Shown: positions 50,112 to 60,159, numbered from the stretch's first letter. The stretch: DNA of 64,000 nt from Candidatus Bathyarchaeia archaeon (GCA_038870975.1 JAVZJD010000001.1:576001-640000), one strand, 5' to 3'. Program-made: numbers and translations. Notes: generated by a model from the sequence alone, not told the origin.

Positions 50112-50654
50112 CTACCACCACATTTTCTTAAGCGGCATAGCAAGTATTTCCCTAATCTCAAGTTTTTTAGACCTATCTCTACTAAACATATCACTAGTCT
50201 TACAGGCTCTAGCTACTATAGCTGTATCTGACCCTCTATCTGTTCCTGCGACTGCTATAACATCTTCTCCAGTACTTATAGCTTCAAGGTCTGAAGCTAT
50301 AAGAATAACTTCTACACAGACTTTAAACCCCTGACCTAGTGTATAGAAGCTGTTTCTAATGCTGTCCATCCCACGTGAATGTAGGGGTAGATGCGTCTTA
50401 TCTAAGGGTTTTCCCCCGTATTTTACTATCTCCTCCTTAAATCCCTTGTCCATTTCTTCGTAAGATACCGCTATGACGTTACATAGCCCTTTGAGGGCTT
50501 TGGCGAATTTGACGCCTGTTTCGCCGGTCGTACTTGCGACCACAACTGTTTTAATGTCTCCCTCTTTAATTCTTCTAATTACACAATCTAAAACAGCATC
50601 GGTATTCACTGGTCCAGGTTCTTTAAAATATACGACTTGTTTTACTATACTCAT
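50112..50654 (-). CDS. Stand-alone pyruvate-kinase C-terminal-like domain protein
   Basis: YF-x-x-PG-x-x-NT, VVASTTGETG, GQG-x-KVCVE, AGT-x-RG-x-DTA. Confidence 0.8.
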   Translation of the reverse strand: MSIVKQVVYFKEPGPVNTDAVLDCVIRRIKEGDIKTVVVASTTGETGVKFAKALKGLCNVIAVSYEEMDKGFKEEIVKYGGKPLDKTHLPLHSRGMDSIRNSFYTLGQGFKVCVEVILIASDLEAISTGEDVIAVAGTDRGSDTAIVARACKTSDMFSRDRSKKLEIREILAMPLKKMWW

Positions 50655-50700
50655 GCCACTACTATTGTTGTCCCAGAAGACTTATAAGCAATTTGCCCAT

Positions 50701-51840
50701 CTAGATGTATACGCCGCGCTTCTTAGCGTAATCAACCATGAGTAGAAAATTCTCAGCATTAGTATTAATCGATACGTTTGCTGAAGCCGATAAAACGTAT
50801 CCTCTATCTCCCCCTTCACGTATACACCTCTCAACTTCCGCTACTACGTCTTCCCATCTACCGAATTCAAGTACTCTGGGGTCTACGTTTCCTACAAGGC
50901 ATATTCTATCACCGTAATTTTGTTTAACCCATTTTAAACTCATTCCAGCTGTTACGTCTATACCTTGATATGCATTTATCCCAGCGTCTACAACATCTGA
51001 AAGTATTGATGCGATGTTTCCATCTGAATGGAGGACTGCAAAGGCACCTCTACGTTTAAAAGCGTCGCATTGCTTTTTAAGAGCAGGTTTTACAAACCTC
51101 CTGAACATTTCAGGGGAAAGCCAAGGGCCCAATTTATGGCCGTAATCTACACACATTTGTATGGCATCTGCCCCTTCATCGATGGCCCATTTGCCGACTT
51201 CTAAAGCGTACTTGGTATTGGAATCTATGAGAGCCTCGACAGCTTCGGGGCGTTTATATGCCCATATGAGCACGTGTTTAAGTAGATTTGGGTTTGAGAC
51301 TATAGGTCCCCAGGATCCGTCGGCATCAAAGGATAGGAAGAATTCTCCTTTAACTTCCTTCACAAGATACCTTAATACGTCAAATATTTTAGGGTTGACT
51401 TCAATAGTAGAACTTCTACAAATTTCGATTAATTCGCCTGGGTCATAGTTTGCAGGCTCATCCATATCCCAGAGAGTCCCACCAGTCCATTTATATCTCC
51501 TCCCATTTATCATCCACATGTGTTTACCGAGCTTTTTCAGGGTTTTAGGTTTAGCCGTATAGGCTGAAACAACTCTTATCCAGTCAATCCCCGTTATTCT
51601 ATGGAGGAGGAGAAGTTCTCTAGACATATGTTTATTTATACTATCTACGTCTAAACTATTTTCCAACATTAGTGAATAAACAGCCTCAGGATTATGTATG
51701 AGGATAGAATCCGCGGGTTTTCCAAGTATTCTAGACGCGATCACAGGTGGTATATGCATCTCGTATAGTGGAACTCTATCGGGTGTCGAAATTTCCATAG
51801 CTTTTACTACTCTCTCCCAAGAATTCATACATCTTGACAA
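50701..51840 (-). CDS. Uroporphyrinogen decarboxylase / MtaA-fold family protein
   Basis: PDRVP, DYG, SP-x-MFR, HSDG, GNVD. Confidence 0.8.
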   Translation of the reverse strand: MSRCMNSWERVVKAMEISTPDRVPLYEMHIPPVIASRILGKPADSILIHNPEAVYSLMLENSLDVDSINKHMSRELLLLHRITGIDWIRVVSAYTAKPKTLKKLGKHMWMINGRRYKWTGGTLWDMDEPANYDPGELIEICRSSTIEVNPKIFDVLRYLVKEVKGEFFLSFDADGSWGPIVSNPNLLKHVLIWAYKRPEAVEALIDSNTKYALEVGKWAIDEGADAIQMCVDYGHKLGPWLSPEMFRRFVKPALKKQCDAFKRRGAFAVLHSDGNIASILSDVVDAGINAYQGIDVTAGMSLKWVKQNYGDRICLVGNVDPRVLEFGRWEDVVAEVERCIREGGDRGYVLSASANVSINTNAENFLLMVDYAKKRGVYI

Positions 51841-51916
51841 ACATATACTGGCAGTAAAAATAGTTTTCCATTGTAAGGGGTGAAATTTATATGCCTATTT
51901 GGACAGAATTTAAATC

Positions 51917-52528
51917 ATGCCCAAGTATGTTAAACGTACGGGACCAAATTGCAAACTTGAAAATCGTAGGGTAGCCATAGTGGTTGCCCATGAATTTGAA
52001 GACGTGGAGCTTTTATACCCATTTCTAAGGCTCAGCGAGGAGGGAGCTGAAGTAATAATAGCACCTGTTGAAGCAGGTTTACATCCAAGACCATCTGTCA
52101 AGGATAAGCCAGTAACCGGACGATACGGAACTCCAATACCTCTTGAAGTCTTTGAAGAAGGCGGTAGATACGTTATAAAGAAGATAAGCCAAATAGACTT
52201 AGAAGACTTAGATGCATTAATAATCCCAGGAGGCTTCTCTCCAGATGCCTTAAGATTAGTACCCGAGGTTTTGGAGCTTGTTAGGAAAGCCTATGAGCGT
52301 GGTAAGATTATAGCGGCGATATGTCACGGTCCTCAAGTCCTAATATCAGCCGGATTGGTGAAAGGCAGGAAAGTGACAAGCTATGTAGCTATTAAGGATG
52401 ATTTGATAAATGCTGGAGCGATTTTCGTAGATGAGCCGGCGGTTAGAGATGGAAATATTATAACTGGTAGAGTACCGGATGATCTACCGGAATTTTGCCA
52501 AATGATAATTGAATCTTTAGCAACTTAG
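51917..52528 (+). CDS. PfpI/DJ-1 family protease/deglycase
   Basis: FEDVE, IPGG-x-x-PD, AICHGP, DGNIIT. Confidence 0.9.
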   Translation: MPKYVKRTGPNCKLENRRVAIVVAHEFEDVELLYPFLRLSEEGAEVIIAPVEAGLHPRPSVKDKPVTGRYGTPIPLEVFEEGGRYVIKKISQIDLEDLDALIIPGGFSPDALRLVPEVLELVRKAYERGKIIAAICHGPQVLISAGLVKGRKVTSYVAIKDDLINAGAIFVDEPAVRDGNIITGRVPDDLPEFCQMIIESLAT

Positions 52529-52829
52529 CTTTTTACTTCTCCAATTGCCGATACAGTTTCAAACACTTTTAAGAGCGCGGTCAAACGTTACCATTACCTT
52601 AAAAGTTAAGAGTAGACGCGTAGTTTCACTTCGTATAGAGGCGTCTGCACATACATGAAGAAAGCCGGAGGAAGAGATAAACTAAAAATTTAAGGTAGAA
52701 GCATCAGTATTTTCAATAAAACACTATACATGTACTTTAGTCTGGTGCAAATTTTACGGAATAAGGAGTAACCTATTATTCAAGGAATTTCAGGTTAAAG
52801 CATTCACGTGATTGATTACAGTGGTCTTG

Positions 52830-53711
52830 CTATAACTTCTTTGACGATACTTTAGACAATACTGGCTTAACTATGACCGTTATGATTAATGATACGGCTA
52901 CTTGTCCGAATACATCTCTGAATAATGATATTAGCGCTGGTCCAAGTCCCTTAATGAACACGTTTACGTAAAAGTATGTTAAAGCCATGACTATTCCCCC
53001 CAATAAGCATAAAGCTATTTGTATGTATATCCTCCGACCTTTGCCGAAGCCTGCTATAAACCCTTCAAGTCCATGAGCAGGTATTGATATAAACCACCTT
53101 GGATAGCCTACGTATAGGTCTGCAGCTACAGCGCCAATTGCTCCTATAAGAGCCCCTGCCTTCGGACCATATATAAGGGCGGCTATAAATATTACAGAGT
53201 CGCCTATGTGCGTATACCCGCCCGTCGGCGATGGAAAAAATTGCCCTGTGAAGGCGGTAGCTGAGGCTGTTAAAGCTGAGAATATTGCTATAGAGGCTGT
53301 TTCAACTGTTGAAAGTTTTAACGTAGGTGGAGTTGCACTAGGTTCATATGATAACCCTGAACCGTAAGCTAACAATCCAATCGATATTAAACCCAACGTT
53401 TCAAGGAAGACTAGAGTTTGAAGATCCATGAGCTTTACAGATGACATGGAAGCTATTCCGAAGACCACGGCTAAAACTGATAGTAAAGACGCCCAGAAGC
53501 CGCTACTAATTGCTGAAGCTGAAGCAAGAAGTAGCGATAGAAGACTTAATGTTAACAATAGGCTTAAATTGTTCTTCAAAATGCTGGGCAGATTTACAGC
53601 CTCCAGTATTCCGAATCCAGCTGTGTAAACCACGAAGGCAGCTTCAATAATTCCATATAGCATTATTAGAATAGCACCAGAGATAAGTAGGTAGGACCTA
53701 AGACCTCTCAT
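52830..53711 (-). CDS. ECF transporter S component with an extra N-terminal membrane domain
   Basis: C-terminal P-x-x-GGY-x-H-x-GD, G-x-x-x-AD-x-x-x-GY and HGLEG S-component motifs. Confidence 0.75.
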   Translation of the reverse strand: MRGLRSYLLISGAILIMLYGIIEAAFVVYTAGFGILEAVNLPSILKNNLSLLLTLSLLSLLLASASAISSGFWASLLSVLAVVFGIASMSSVKLMDLQTLVFLETLGLISIGLLAYGSGLSYEPSATPPTLKLSTVETASIAIFSALTASATAFTGQFFPSPTGGYTHIGDSVIFIAALIYGPKAGALIGAIGAVAADLYVGYPRWFISIPAHGLEGFIAGFGKGRRIYIQIALCLLGGIVMALTYFYVNVFIKGLGPALISLFRDVFGQVAVSLIITVIVKPVLSKVSSKKL

Positions 53712-53994
53712 TTAGTATCTAAAAATATTCAAGATTTACCTTTAATATATTTAAGTTTTTCCTTGAAATTTTATATCACCCATGGAAAGAGGCAACCTCC
53801 AGTTAAATGTATGAAGTAGTTTTTAAGCCTCATATTACCATAATGGTTAATAGTATACAAGATTTGCAGATGCCCTTAATACGAGCCAGTAGGTGTGATA
53901 TAACCATCCTTCTCCCAGCCATCATAGGCAGTTAACGACAGACCTGAAAGAAGAACAAAAATTGGGGCTTACCGTAAAACAGCTCTTTTAAAAA

Positions 53995-54103
53995 TGGCGG
54001 GCCCGGCGGGAGTTGAACCCGCGACCACCGGGTTACTTCAGTAATTTGGGGCATTCTTCTTACTTTAAAAGCCCGGCACTCTACCATTCTGAGCTACGGG
54101 CCC
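53995..54103 (-). tRNA. tRNA-Lys(UUU) with a 32-nt BHB intron at 37/38 (intron 54034-54065); CCA encoded
   Basis: Full cloverleaf GGGCCCG...CGGGCCC-G-CCA and anticodon stem CCGGG/CCCGG. BHB: CUUU/GAAG helix, UAA bulges, AGUAA/UUACU intron stem. Confidence 0.96.
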
Positions 54104-54203
54104 ACTTATCGCTTAATATGAAAATTCTCCTTTTTAAGGTTTCTCAGCGTGCGAGTCTAAAGCCTATAAGCTTGAGTCTTTATCCTATAGTTTTAGGGAG
54201 ACT

Positions 54204-55079
54204 TTGGAAGTAGGTATTTTAACTAGAAATGAGTTCTCATGGTGTAGTCTTCAACTAAAACAAGCTTTAAACAGCAGAGGTTGTAAATTTACATGTCTTA
54301 GTTTTAACGATTTAACTGCTTATATAGGTTTTGAGAACAGTGTACGTTTTAAGGGCAGACCCATTGAAGAACTCGATGCACTCATAGTCAGGCCCATAGG
54401 CAGAGGTTCACTTGAGGAGATAATTTTCCGCATGGATCTTTTAAGAGCAATTGAAAGTTTAGGGGTATACGTGGTTAATAGAGCCGAAGCCATAGAGAGA
54501 GCTGTAGACAAATACCTTTCACTTTTCCTATTGAAAAAAGCCGGATTGCCTGTCCCAAGAACAATAGTCACTGAAAACCCAAGAATCAGTTTGGAAGCTT
54601 TTAAAAAGCTTAATTCAAAAGTTGTCTTAAAGCCGATTTTTGGATCGAGGGGTTTTGGATTGACGAGGGTTAGAAGCCGTCAGACACTCTACCGCTTAAC
54701 AAGCGTTTTAAGCTACTATCGCCACGTTGTCTACATGCAAGAGTATATCCCCCACTCTAGGGAAGACGTTAGAGCATTCGTAGTCGGAGATAACGTTGTA
54801 GCATCGATGAAGAGAATTGGAGCCACGTGGAGAACGAACATAGCCCAGGGAGGTAAACCTGAGCCTTACAAGCTTTCTGAAGAATTGAAAGATGCTGCTT
54901 TAAAAGCATGCAGAATTTTGGGATGTGAAATAGCTGGTGTTGACATTCTAAATCCGAGTGGCGAATTCTGTATAAATGAGGTGAATAGTCAGCCAGACTG
55001 GAGAGGGTTGCAAAACGTCTCAGAGGTGAATATAGCTGGAGAAATCGTAGACTACGTAGTATCAAAAGTTAAACGCTAG
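54204..55079 (+). CDS. RimK-family alpha-L-glutamate ligase (MptN/CofF-like)
   Basis: VRPIGRGSLE-x-x-IFR-x-D, KP-x-FGS-x-G, QEY, W-x-TN-x-AQG, EVNS ATP-grasp motifs. Confidence 0.85.
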   Translation: MEVGILTRNEFSWCSLQLKQALNSRGCKFTCLSFNDLTAYIGFENSVRFKGRPIEELDALIVRPIGRGSLEEIIFRMDLLRAIESLGVYVVNRAEAIERAVDKYLSLFLLKKAGLPVPRTIVTENPRISLEAFKKLNSKVVLKPIFGSRGFGLTRVRSRQTLYRLTSVLSYYRHVVYMQEYIPHSREDVRAFVVGDNVVASMKRIGATWRTNIAQGGKPEPYKLSEELKDAALKACRILGCEIAGVDILNPSGEFCINEVNSQPDWRGLQNVSEVNIAGEIVDYVVSKVKR

Positions 55080-55831
55080 CGAAACAGATCTCTCTCTATA
55101 GGTCTCACGAGGTCTTTAGCTGATCCTTCACCTCTGATTGGCTTAAATCCCCTTATTATGGCCACAGGTATCTTTGAAAGCTTACCCATAACGAGTTCAG
55201 CCGCCGCTGCAAGCTCATCAGCTACGGCTATAGCTGTAACTTTAAGTGTATATCCATATGGATCGTTTAAACCCCTATAGTCTGTGATGGGCATCATACC
55301 TGCTACTCCAACTGCAAAATTAACCTGACCAATCCGCCAAGCTCTGCCAAACGTATCAGACACTATAACTGCTACGTCAACTCCTTTAATCTCCCTTATA
55401 CGTTCTCTAATTCTTCTGGCGGATTCATCTGGGTCTATCGGTAGAAGTGAAACTGTATCGTCACCAGGTATGTTAGACTTATCCACTCCGGAGTTTGCAC
55501 ATACAAATCCATGCCTAGTCTCAGTTATTATGTGTCCATCTCTCACTCTAACTATACGTTTTGCTTCTCTAAGTATTACTTCTACAAGCCTAGGGTCTTT
55601 TCCTTCAGCCTCTGCAAGATTGATAGCAAAATCCGAGGGTGTGATTTCCCTTAAGCGTACTATTCTATTCTCAGCCTTAGACACTATCTTCTGAGATACA
55701 ACTACGATGTCGTCGTCCATAAGACCTACGTTACTTCTTTCGGCTGCTTCAACTATAAGCTTAGGTAAATCGTCGCCAGGTTTAACCTCAGGAATCCCCT
55801 CTAAACCATAAATACATATTTTACGACTCAT
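55076..55831 (-). CDS. cofE: Coenzyme F420-0:L-glutamate ligase
   Basis: PEV-x-PGDD, KIVSKAE, ANSGVD-x-SN, DTFGR-x-WR, DELAAAA; start MSRKI at 55831. Confidence 0.93.
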   Translation of the reverse strand: MSRKICIYGLEGIPEVKPGDDLPKLIVEAAERSNVGLMDDDIVVVSQKIVSKAENRIVRLREITPSDFAINLAEAEGKDPRLVEVILREAKRIVRVRDGHIITETRHGFVCANSGVDKSNIPGDDTVSLLPIDPDESARRIRERIREIKGVDVAVIVSDTFGRAWRIGQVNFAVGVAGMMPITDYRGLNDPYGYTLKVTAIAVADELAAAAELVMGKLSKIPVAIIRGFKPIRGEGSAKDLVRPIERDLFR

Positions 55832-56182
55832 TATACCACTTGAGCTATAAACGGTAATATTTAAAAATGTTTGAAATAGAATCTTTACTTTTAATAATCT
55901 CAGCAGATTCAAGCTAGGAATTTTGATTCGGACACTTTTATACCCTTAAACAATCATATGACACTTCATAACGTCAGTAATACTTCAATTTGTTGGAATT
56001 TTAACGGAGTCTATTTATCCTCTAGTAAAACTGGAATCTCATGCTTTATCATAAGATCGATAGCTGTTTAGATGAGTGGACACTCTAACGAGGATGAGTA
56101 TTTTAGCTTAGGGGCTATTCCAAAAAATTAATACGTTTAAAAGTGAGATTTTAAACCATCAGTAAGGGGGGCTAAAACTACC

Positions 56183-57763
56183 ATGGAGTTTAAACTTAGA
56201 GGAGAAGTTCGAGTGAGTGGTAGTTTAGAGAATTTAAAAGAAGCTGTGACTTCTTGGATTGGTGAACTTAATAGAGACGTTTTAATGAGGGGGGCTAAGA
56301 CTCCTGAGGAGGGCGCCAGAATATCTGACTGGAAGATCGAGGAAAATAGACTGCTACTTACAATAGAGTCTGGAAGGACTGTTAGAGCCCATTCAGCCCT
56401 ATTAAGAGTTAGAAACTTTCTCGCGGATAAGCTTGGACAGTATAAGTTGGGTGTGAGAGGTTTAAAAGCCGAAGAAATTAGAGTAACTTTCGATGGTTTA
56501 GCTGCGTCAACTGATGCCATCGAAAAACTTTTAGAAAATCTAGCCGAAGTCGAAAGAATCGAAGGTAAAATAGTAATAGTCTTTAGAGATGTTAGCAGTA
56601 GAGATTTAGAGAAGGGTGTTATAGACCGTGTTTTAAAGAAGATTGAACCTTTAGCAAAGAAAGAACTTATTACCGTGGAGAAAACGCTCACTACAGTTTC
56701 AGTGGTAAGAGAGCAAAAGCTTGTCCCAATGGGGTATGTAATCAAAGCTTCATCTGTGAAAGACGTCAAATTTAATGGAGACGTTTCAGATTGGGCTGAA
56801 AAGCTTAATTGGATTAAAAGATATCCTGGGAGGGGGCAGTGGATTTTAACAGCCCCTATGACTGCTTTAATCAACCTTATATCAGATATGATAATAAATG
56901 ATGTTTTAAAGCCTATGGGTTTTGTAGAGTGGATGCTCCCCAAATTAACACCTCTTCAAGTTATGGCTAAAATGCCTGGCTACTTTGACAATCTTGCAGA
57001 GGGTATGCTCTATGTTTTCACACCTGAACGGGAGGAGGAGGCTTTAAAAGAATTTAAACGCAAGTTTTCGCTTACTGGCGAACTAGACCTTGAATCTTTA
57101 AAGAGAGAGCTTAGTGGTCCTAATTACGTCTTAGAGCCTGCTCAATGCACACCCTTCTACCAGTTTTTCTCGGGGGAAATCGTCAACTTAGACGATTTAC
57201 CAGTTAAGATATTCGATCGAAGCGGCTGGACATGGAGGTGGGAGGGGAAGGCGACTAGGGGACTTGAAAGGACTACTGAATTCTATAGAATAGAGGCTAT
57301 TTGGCTGGCGAGTCCTGAAGATGCCGTTAGAATACGCGATGCAGTAGCTGAGAAATCTATGGAGCTTGCAGATAAAAAGCTTGATCTAGAAGTTAGAATG
57401 GTTGTAGGCGCACCATTCTACATGAGTAGCGATGAAGCTTCTAAAACTTATGTCGATATATCGAGTAGCGATAAGATTCCTACAATCGACTTGGAGGCTT
57501 GGCTCCCCTACAGAGGCTCTAGAGAAGACTCTGAATGGCTTGAAATCGGAGGAGCATTCTCATGCCATAGAGATAAGTATGTGAAAAGTTTTAAGATCAA
57601 GGAAGCCAAGAATAGAGATGTTTGGACTGGTTGCTCAGGCTTCGGCATAACCCGGTGGGCTACAGCGTTTTTAGCTCAGAAGGGTTTCAACCCAAATGAT
57701 TGGCCCAGTGAAGTCAAGCGTAGATTAGGAGAATTACCCAAACCAGTTAAAACGATTACTTAA
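56183..57763 (+). CDS. serS: Methanogen-type (type 2) seryl-tRNA synthetase
   Basis: I-x-SG-x-x-VRAH-x-ALLR N-terminal domain; PGRGQW, PAQC, EF-x-RIE and WTGC Zn-ligand motifs. Confidence 0.92.
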   Translation: MEFKLRGEVRVSGSLENLKEAVTSWIGELNRDVLMRGAKTPEEGARISDWKIEENRLLLTIESGRTVRAHSALLRVRNFLADKLGQYKLGVRGLKAEEIRVTFDGLAASTDAIEKLLENLAEVERIEGKIVIVFRDVSSRDLEKGVIDRVLKKIEPLAKKELITVEKTLTTVSVVREQKLVPMGYVIKASSVKDVKFNGDVSDWAEKLNWIKRYPGRGQWILTAPMTALINLISDMIINDVLKPMGFVEWMLPKLTPLQVMAKMPGYFDNLAEGMLYVFTPEREEEALKEFKRKFSLTGELDLESLKRELSGPNYVLEPAQCTPFYQFFSGEIVNLDDLPVKIFDRSGWTWRWEGKATRGLERTTEFYRIEAIWLASPEDAVRIRDAVAEKSMELADKKLDLEVRMVVGAPFYMSSDEASKTYVDISSSDKIPTIDLEAWLPYRGSREDSEWLEIGGAFSCHRDKYVKSFKIKEAKNRDVWTGCSGFGITRWATAFLAQKGFNPNDWPSEVKRRLGELPKPVKTIT

Positions 57764-57888
57764 ATTTTCAACTAGAGATTTCTCTCGATGGAACCTCCAT
57801 AAAACCCCTATTTTAGAGCCTCTAAAGGAAAAGTTCATCCTGATATGCTCAGATAAAGACCTATGTAGAGCTACGGAATAGAAGGGGA

Positions 57889-57920
57889 GTTTCCAACTTT
57901 TGCTTCCAAAAGTTGGAAAC
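57889..57920. terminator. Perfect 14-bp hairpin between convergent serS and lrp genes
   Basis: GTTTCCAACTTTTG-CTTC-CAAAAGTTGGAAAC. Confidence 0.55.
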
Positions 57921-57988
57921 GGGATCTTTCCTCAAATAAGCATCTCAACAAATTCACAGTCATGTTGAAAACATGCTTGACTTGGAGA

Positions 57989-58438
57989 TTATCGTATAGT
58001 CACTCCAAACTCTTCCTTTAAAACTCTTAAAACAAGCATTGTCACCGTGTTTTTAACCCCAGGTATAGCACCAACTTGATCGATCACTTCAGTAAGCTCT
58101 TTCTTACTTCCGACTTTAACGTCTATTAACGCTGAGAACTCACCTGTTACGTCATAAACAGCGTAAACTCCATCGATTTCGCGAATTCTCTTTAAGATAC
58201 TTTCATAAAGCGACGGGTCTGCCTGTAAACCTATGAAAGCCCTTATAGGAAGCCCAATCTTATCTGGGTCCAGTATCGTATAGAAGCCTTTTATAACCCC
58301 TTCTTCAACAAGTTTTTTAACCCTTAAATGAACAGTGCCCTCGCTTACACCTAGTTGTTTAGCTATTTTCACGAAGCTCATTCTAGCGTCATTTTTAAGA
58401 AAATTTAAAATCTTCTTGTCTAAATCGTCAAGGTTCAT
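57989..58438 (-). CDS. Lrp/AsnC-family transcriptional regulator
   Basis: LDDLD-x-KIL, DAR, IAK-x-LGVS-x-x-TV-x-x-R, VTGE. Confidence 0.93.
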   Translation of the reverse strand: MNLDDLDKKILNFLKNDARMSFVKIAKQLGVSEGTVHLRVKKLVEEGVIKGFYTILDPDKIGLPIRAFIGLQADPSLYESILKRIREIDGVYAVYDVTGEFSALIDVKVGSKKELTEVIDQVGAIPGVKNTVTMLVLRVLKEEFGVTIR

Positions 58439-58488
58439 AATTGTCTCGATAAATATTTTTCAAAGTCCTCACATATATGTCTTAGCAG

Positions 58489-59169
58489 TTGGGAATATTG
58501 GAAGATTTGGTGAAGCGAGAAGTTTTAAAAACACTTTTAAAAATTAAACGGACTGAAAATTGGAGCCTGGCAAAACTTAGTGAAGAAACTAGGGTGCCAG
58601 TTGAAATAGTCAGAAGCATTTTAACGGAAATTGCGGATGCTGTTGTAGTGAAAGATGACACTGTTAGTATAGCTGATCACGGTAAGGTTCAAATCGCCAT
58701 ATACTGTCTTAATCTAGCTACAGATCCATTATACATCTCTAAGTATTTAAATTGGAGAGAATTTGAAGATTTCACAGCGGCTATCGTAGATGCTTATGGA
58801 TATGTTGTCTACAGAAGCTTTAGATTTAAAAGCATCAATCGACGTTGGGAAGTAGATATTTTGGCTATTAAAAAGCCGATTTTACTGTGTTTAAACTGTA
58901 AACACTTTCTTAAACAAAGCTGGTCTTCTTTGAGAAGAGCCGCTTTAGAAGAGTTTGAGAGAGCTGAAGCCTTACGGCAAGCACTACCGAAATTGAAACT
59001 TGAGCCCAAACCGGCTAAGGGATGGAGAATTCTACCGACTCTAATAACACTACTTACGCCTAAGTTTAAATTTTACGATAAAATTCCAATAGTCAAGGTG
59101 ACTGAGTTGAGAAGTTTTCTTGAAGAACTGCCTTTACACGCCGATTCGCTAAAATTTTTACAGGTCTAG
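58489..59169 (+). CDS. HTH + PD-(D/E)XK restriction-endonuclease-like protein
   Basis: W-x-EFE...EVDILA...NCKH. Confidence 0.65.
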   Translation: MGILEDLVKREVLKTLLKIKRTENWSLAKLSEETRVPVEIVRSILTEIADAVVVKDDTVSIADHGKVQIAIYCLNLATDPLYISKYLNWREFEDFTAAIVDAYGYVVYRSFRFKSINRRWEVDILAIKKPILLCLNCKHFLKQSWSSLRRAALEEFERAEALRQALPKLKLEPKPAKGWRILPTLITLLTPKFKFYDKIPIVKVTELRSFLEELPLHADSLKFLQV

Positions 59170-59184
59170 TAGGGGTGTCTACAC

Positions 59185-59625
59185 TTAGACATACGCCATT
59201 TTTCGTTCTGGATAAGTTTTACTGAAGAACTCTTCAACTTTCTTAGTCAATTCTTCATCTATGGGTTTTTCGGATTCGAATAATGGAGTCCTACGCTTTA
59301 CGGCATATTTACCCAATCCAAACATGAGTATGGTTTTTAAGTCGTCTTGCGGGAATAATGCTTGAAAACCAAAGGGTTGACCTTCATTAAAGACCTTCAT
59401 AAATATTTCAGAGTTTAAGTCGCGTATCTCCGCTCCTACAGTTATGTAACTGTAGGGGTTTATTGGTTTAGATTTAAGCTTCCAGAGTAATTCGTTTCTA
59501 TGGGATATGTAGAAGTCTAGTCTTCCTCCACTGTCAAGACCTGCGAGAACACTCCAACCACGGCTATCTTTATCGTAAATATCCTTTATGCGTTTAACTA
59601 TCTGACTCCCGAGCTCTATCAACAT
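59185..59625 (-). CDS. Hypothetical protein
   Basis: 146-codon ORF from the likely ATG at 59625; no recognised motif. Confidence 0.55.
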   Translation of the reverse strand: MLIELGSQIVKRIKDIYDKDSRGWSVLAGLDSGGRLDFYISHRNELLWKLKSKPINPYSYITVGAEIRDLNSEIFMKVFNEGQPFGFQALFPQDDLKTILMFGLGKYAVKRRTPLFESEKPIDEELTKKVEEFFSKTYPERKMAYV

Positions 59626-59754
59626 CTCTATACTTGAAGACCGCAGTTGAGGTAAATAAACCTTAATAACGGTCTTCTTTTTAATCTTATAATGGCACTT
59701 TCCATCCACTTTTAGATACGACTATTTCTTAAGAGTGAGAGATTATGGGAGGGG

Positions 59755-60159
59755 TTGGCTTTAGAGCTAGAAGTATGGTTTATGGGTTATAGTGGTAGGA
59801 AAACTAGGGATTTTTTAGACTCCCTTAAGAATAATCATATAGAGCTCCTTGTCGATATTAGAAGATTCCCTACTTCTAAAGTGGAAGACTTTAGAAGGGA
59901 TGTATTGGCTGAACTTCTTAGACGCGAGAACATAGCATATTTATGGTTAGGCGACTTGCTTGGGGGTTATAGACATGGAGGATTTGAAAAATACATGGAG
60001 ACAGATGACTTTAAAAAAGGACTGGATATATTAATTGGGGAAATCTCTAGAAGAAGGATTTGCATAATGTGTCTTGAACGCAATCAGAAATACTGTCACA
60101 GACGTTTCATAGCCGAAGCCTTAAAGAAGAGGGGTTTTAAAGTGATAGGAATACCGTAA
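59755..60159 (+). CDS. DUF488 family protein
   Basis: GYS, LVDIRRFP-x-S, LGG-x-R, MC-x-E...CHR. Confidence 0.85.
   Translation: MALELEVWFMGYSGRKTRDFLDSLKNNHIELLVDIRRFPTSKVEDFRRDVLAELLRRENIAYLWLGDLLGGYRHGGFEKYMETDDFKKGLDILIGEISRRRICIMCLERNQKYCHRRFIAEALKKRGFKVIGIP

Noticed and set aside
53712-53994. Integrated element at the tRNA-Lys 3' end
   Set aside because: No integrase and no repeat of the tRNA 3' end was noticed in the window.
56066-56115. Possible second C/D sRNA (two GATGAGT copies)
   Set aside because: No convincing CTGA D boxes or terminal stem, and no recognisable guide.
56137-56943. 268-aa minus-strand ORF, and the many other short ORFs antisense to called genes
   Set aside because: These are shadows of well-supported genes on the opposite strand and carry no motifs.
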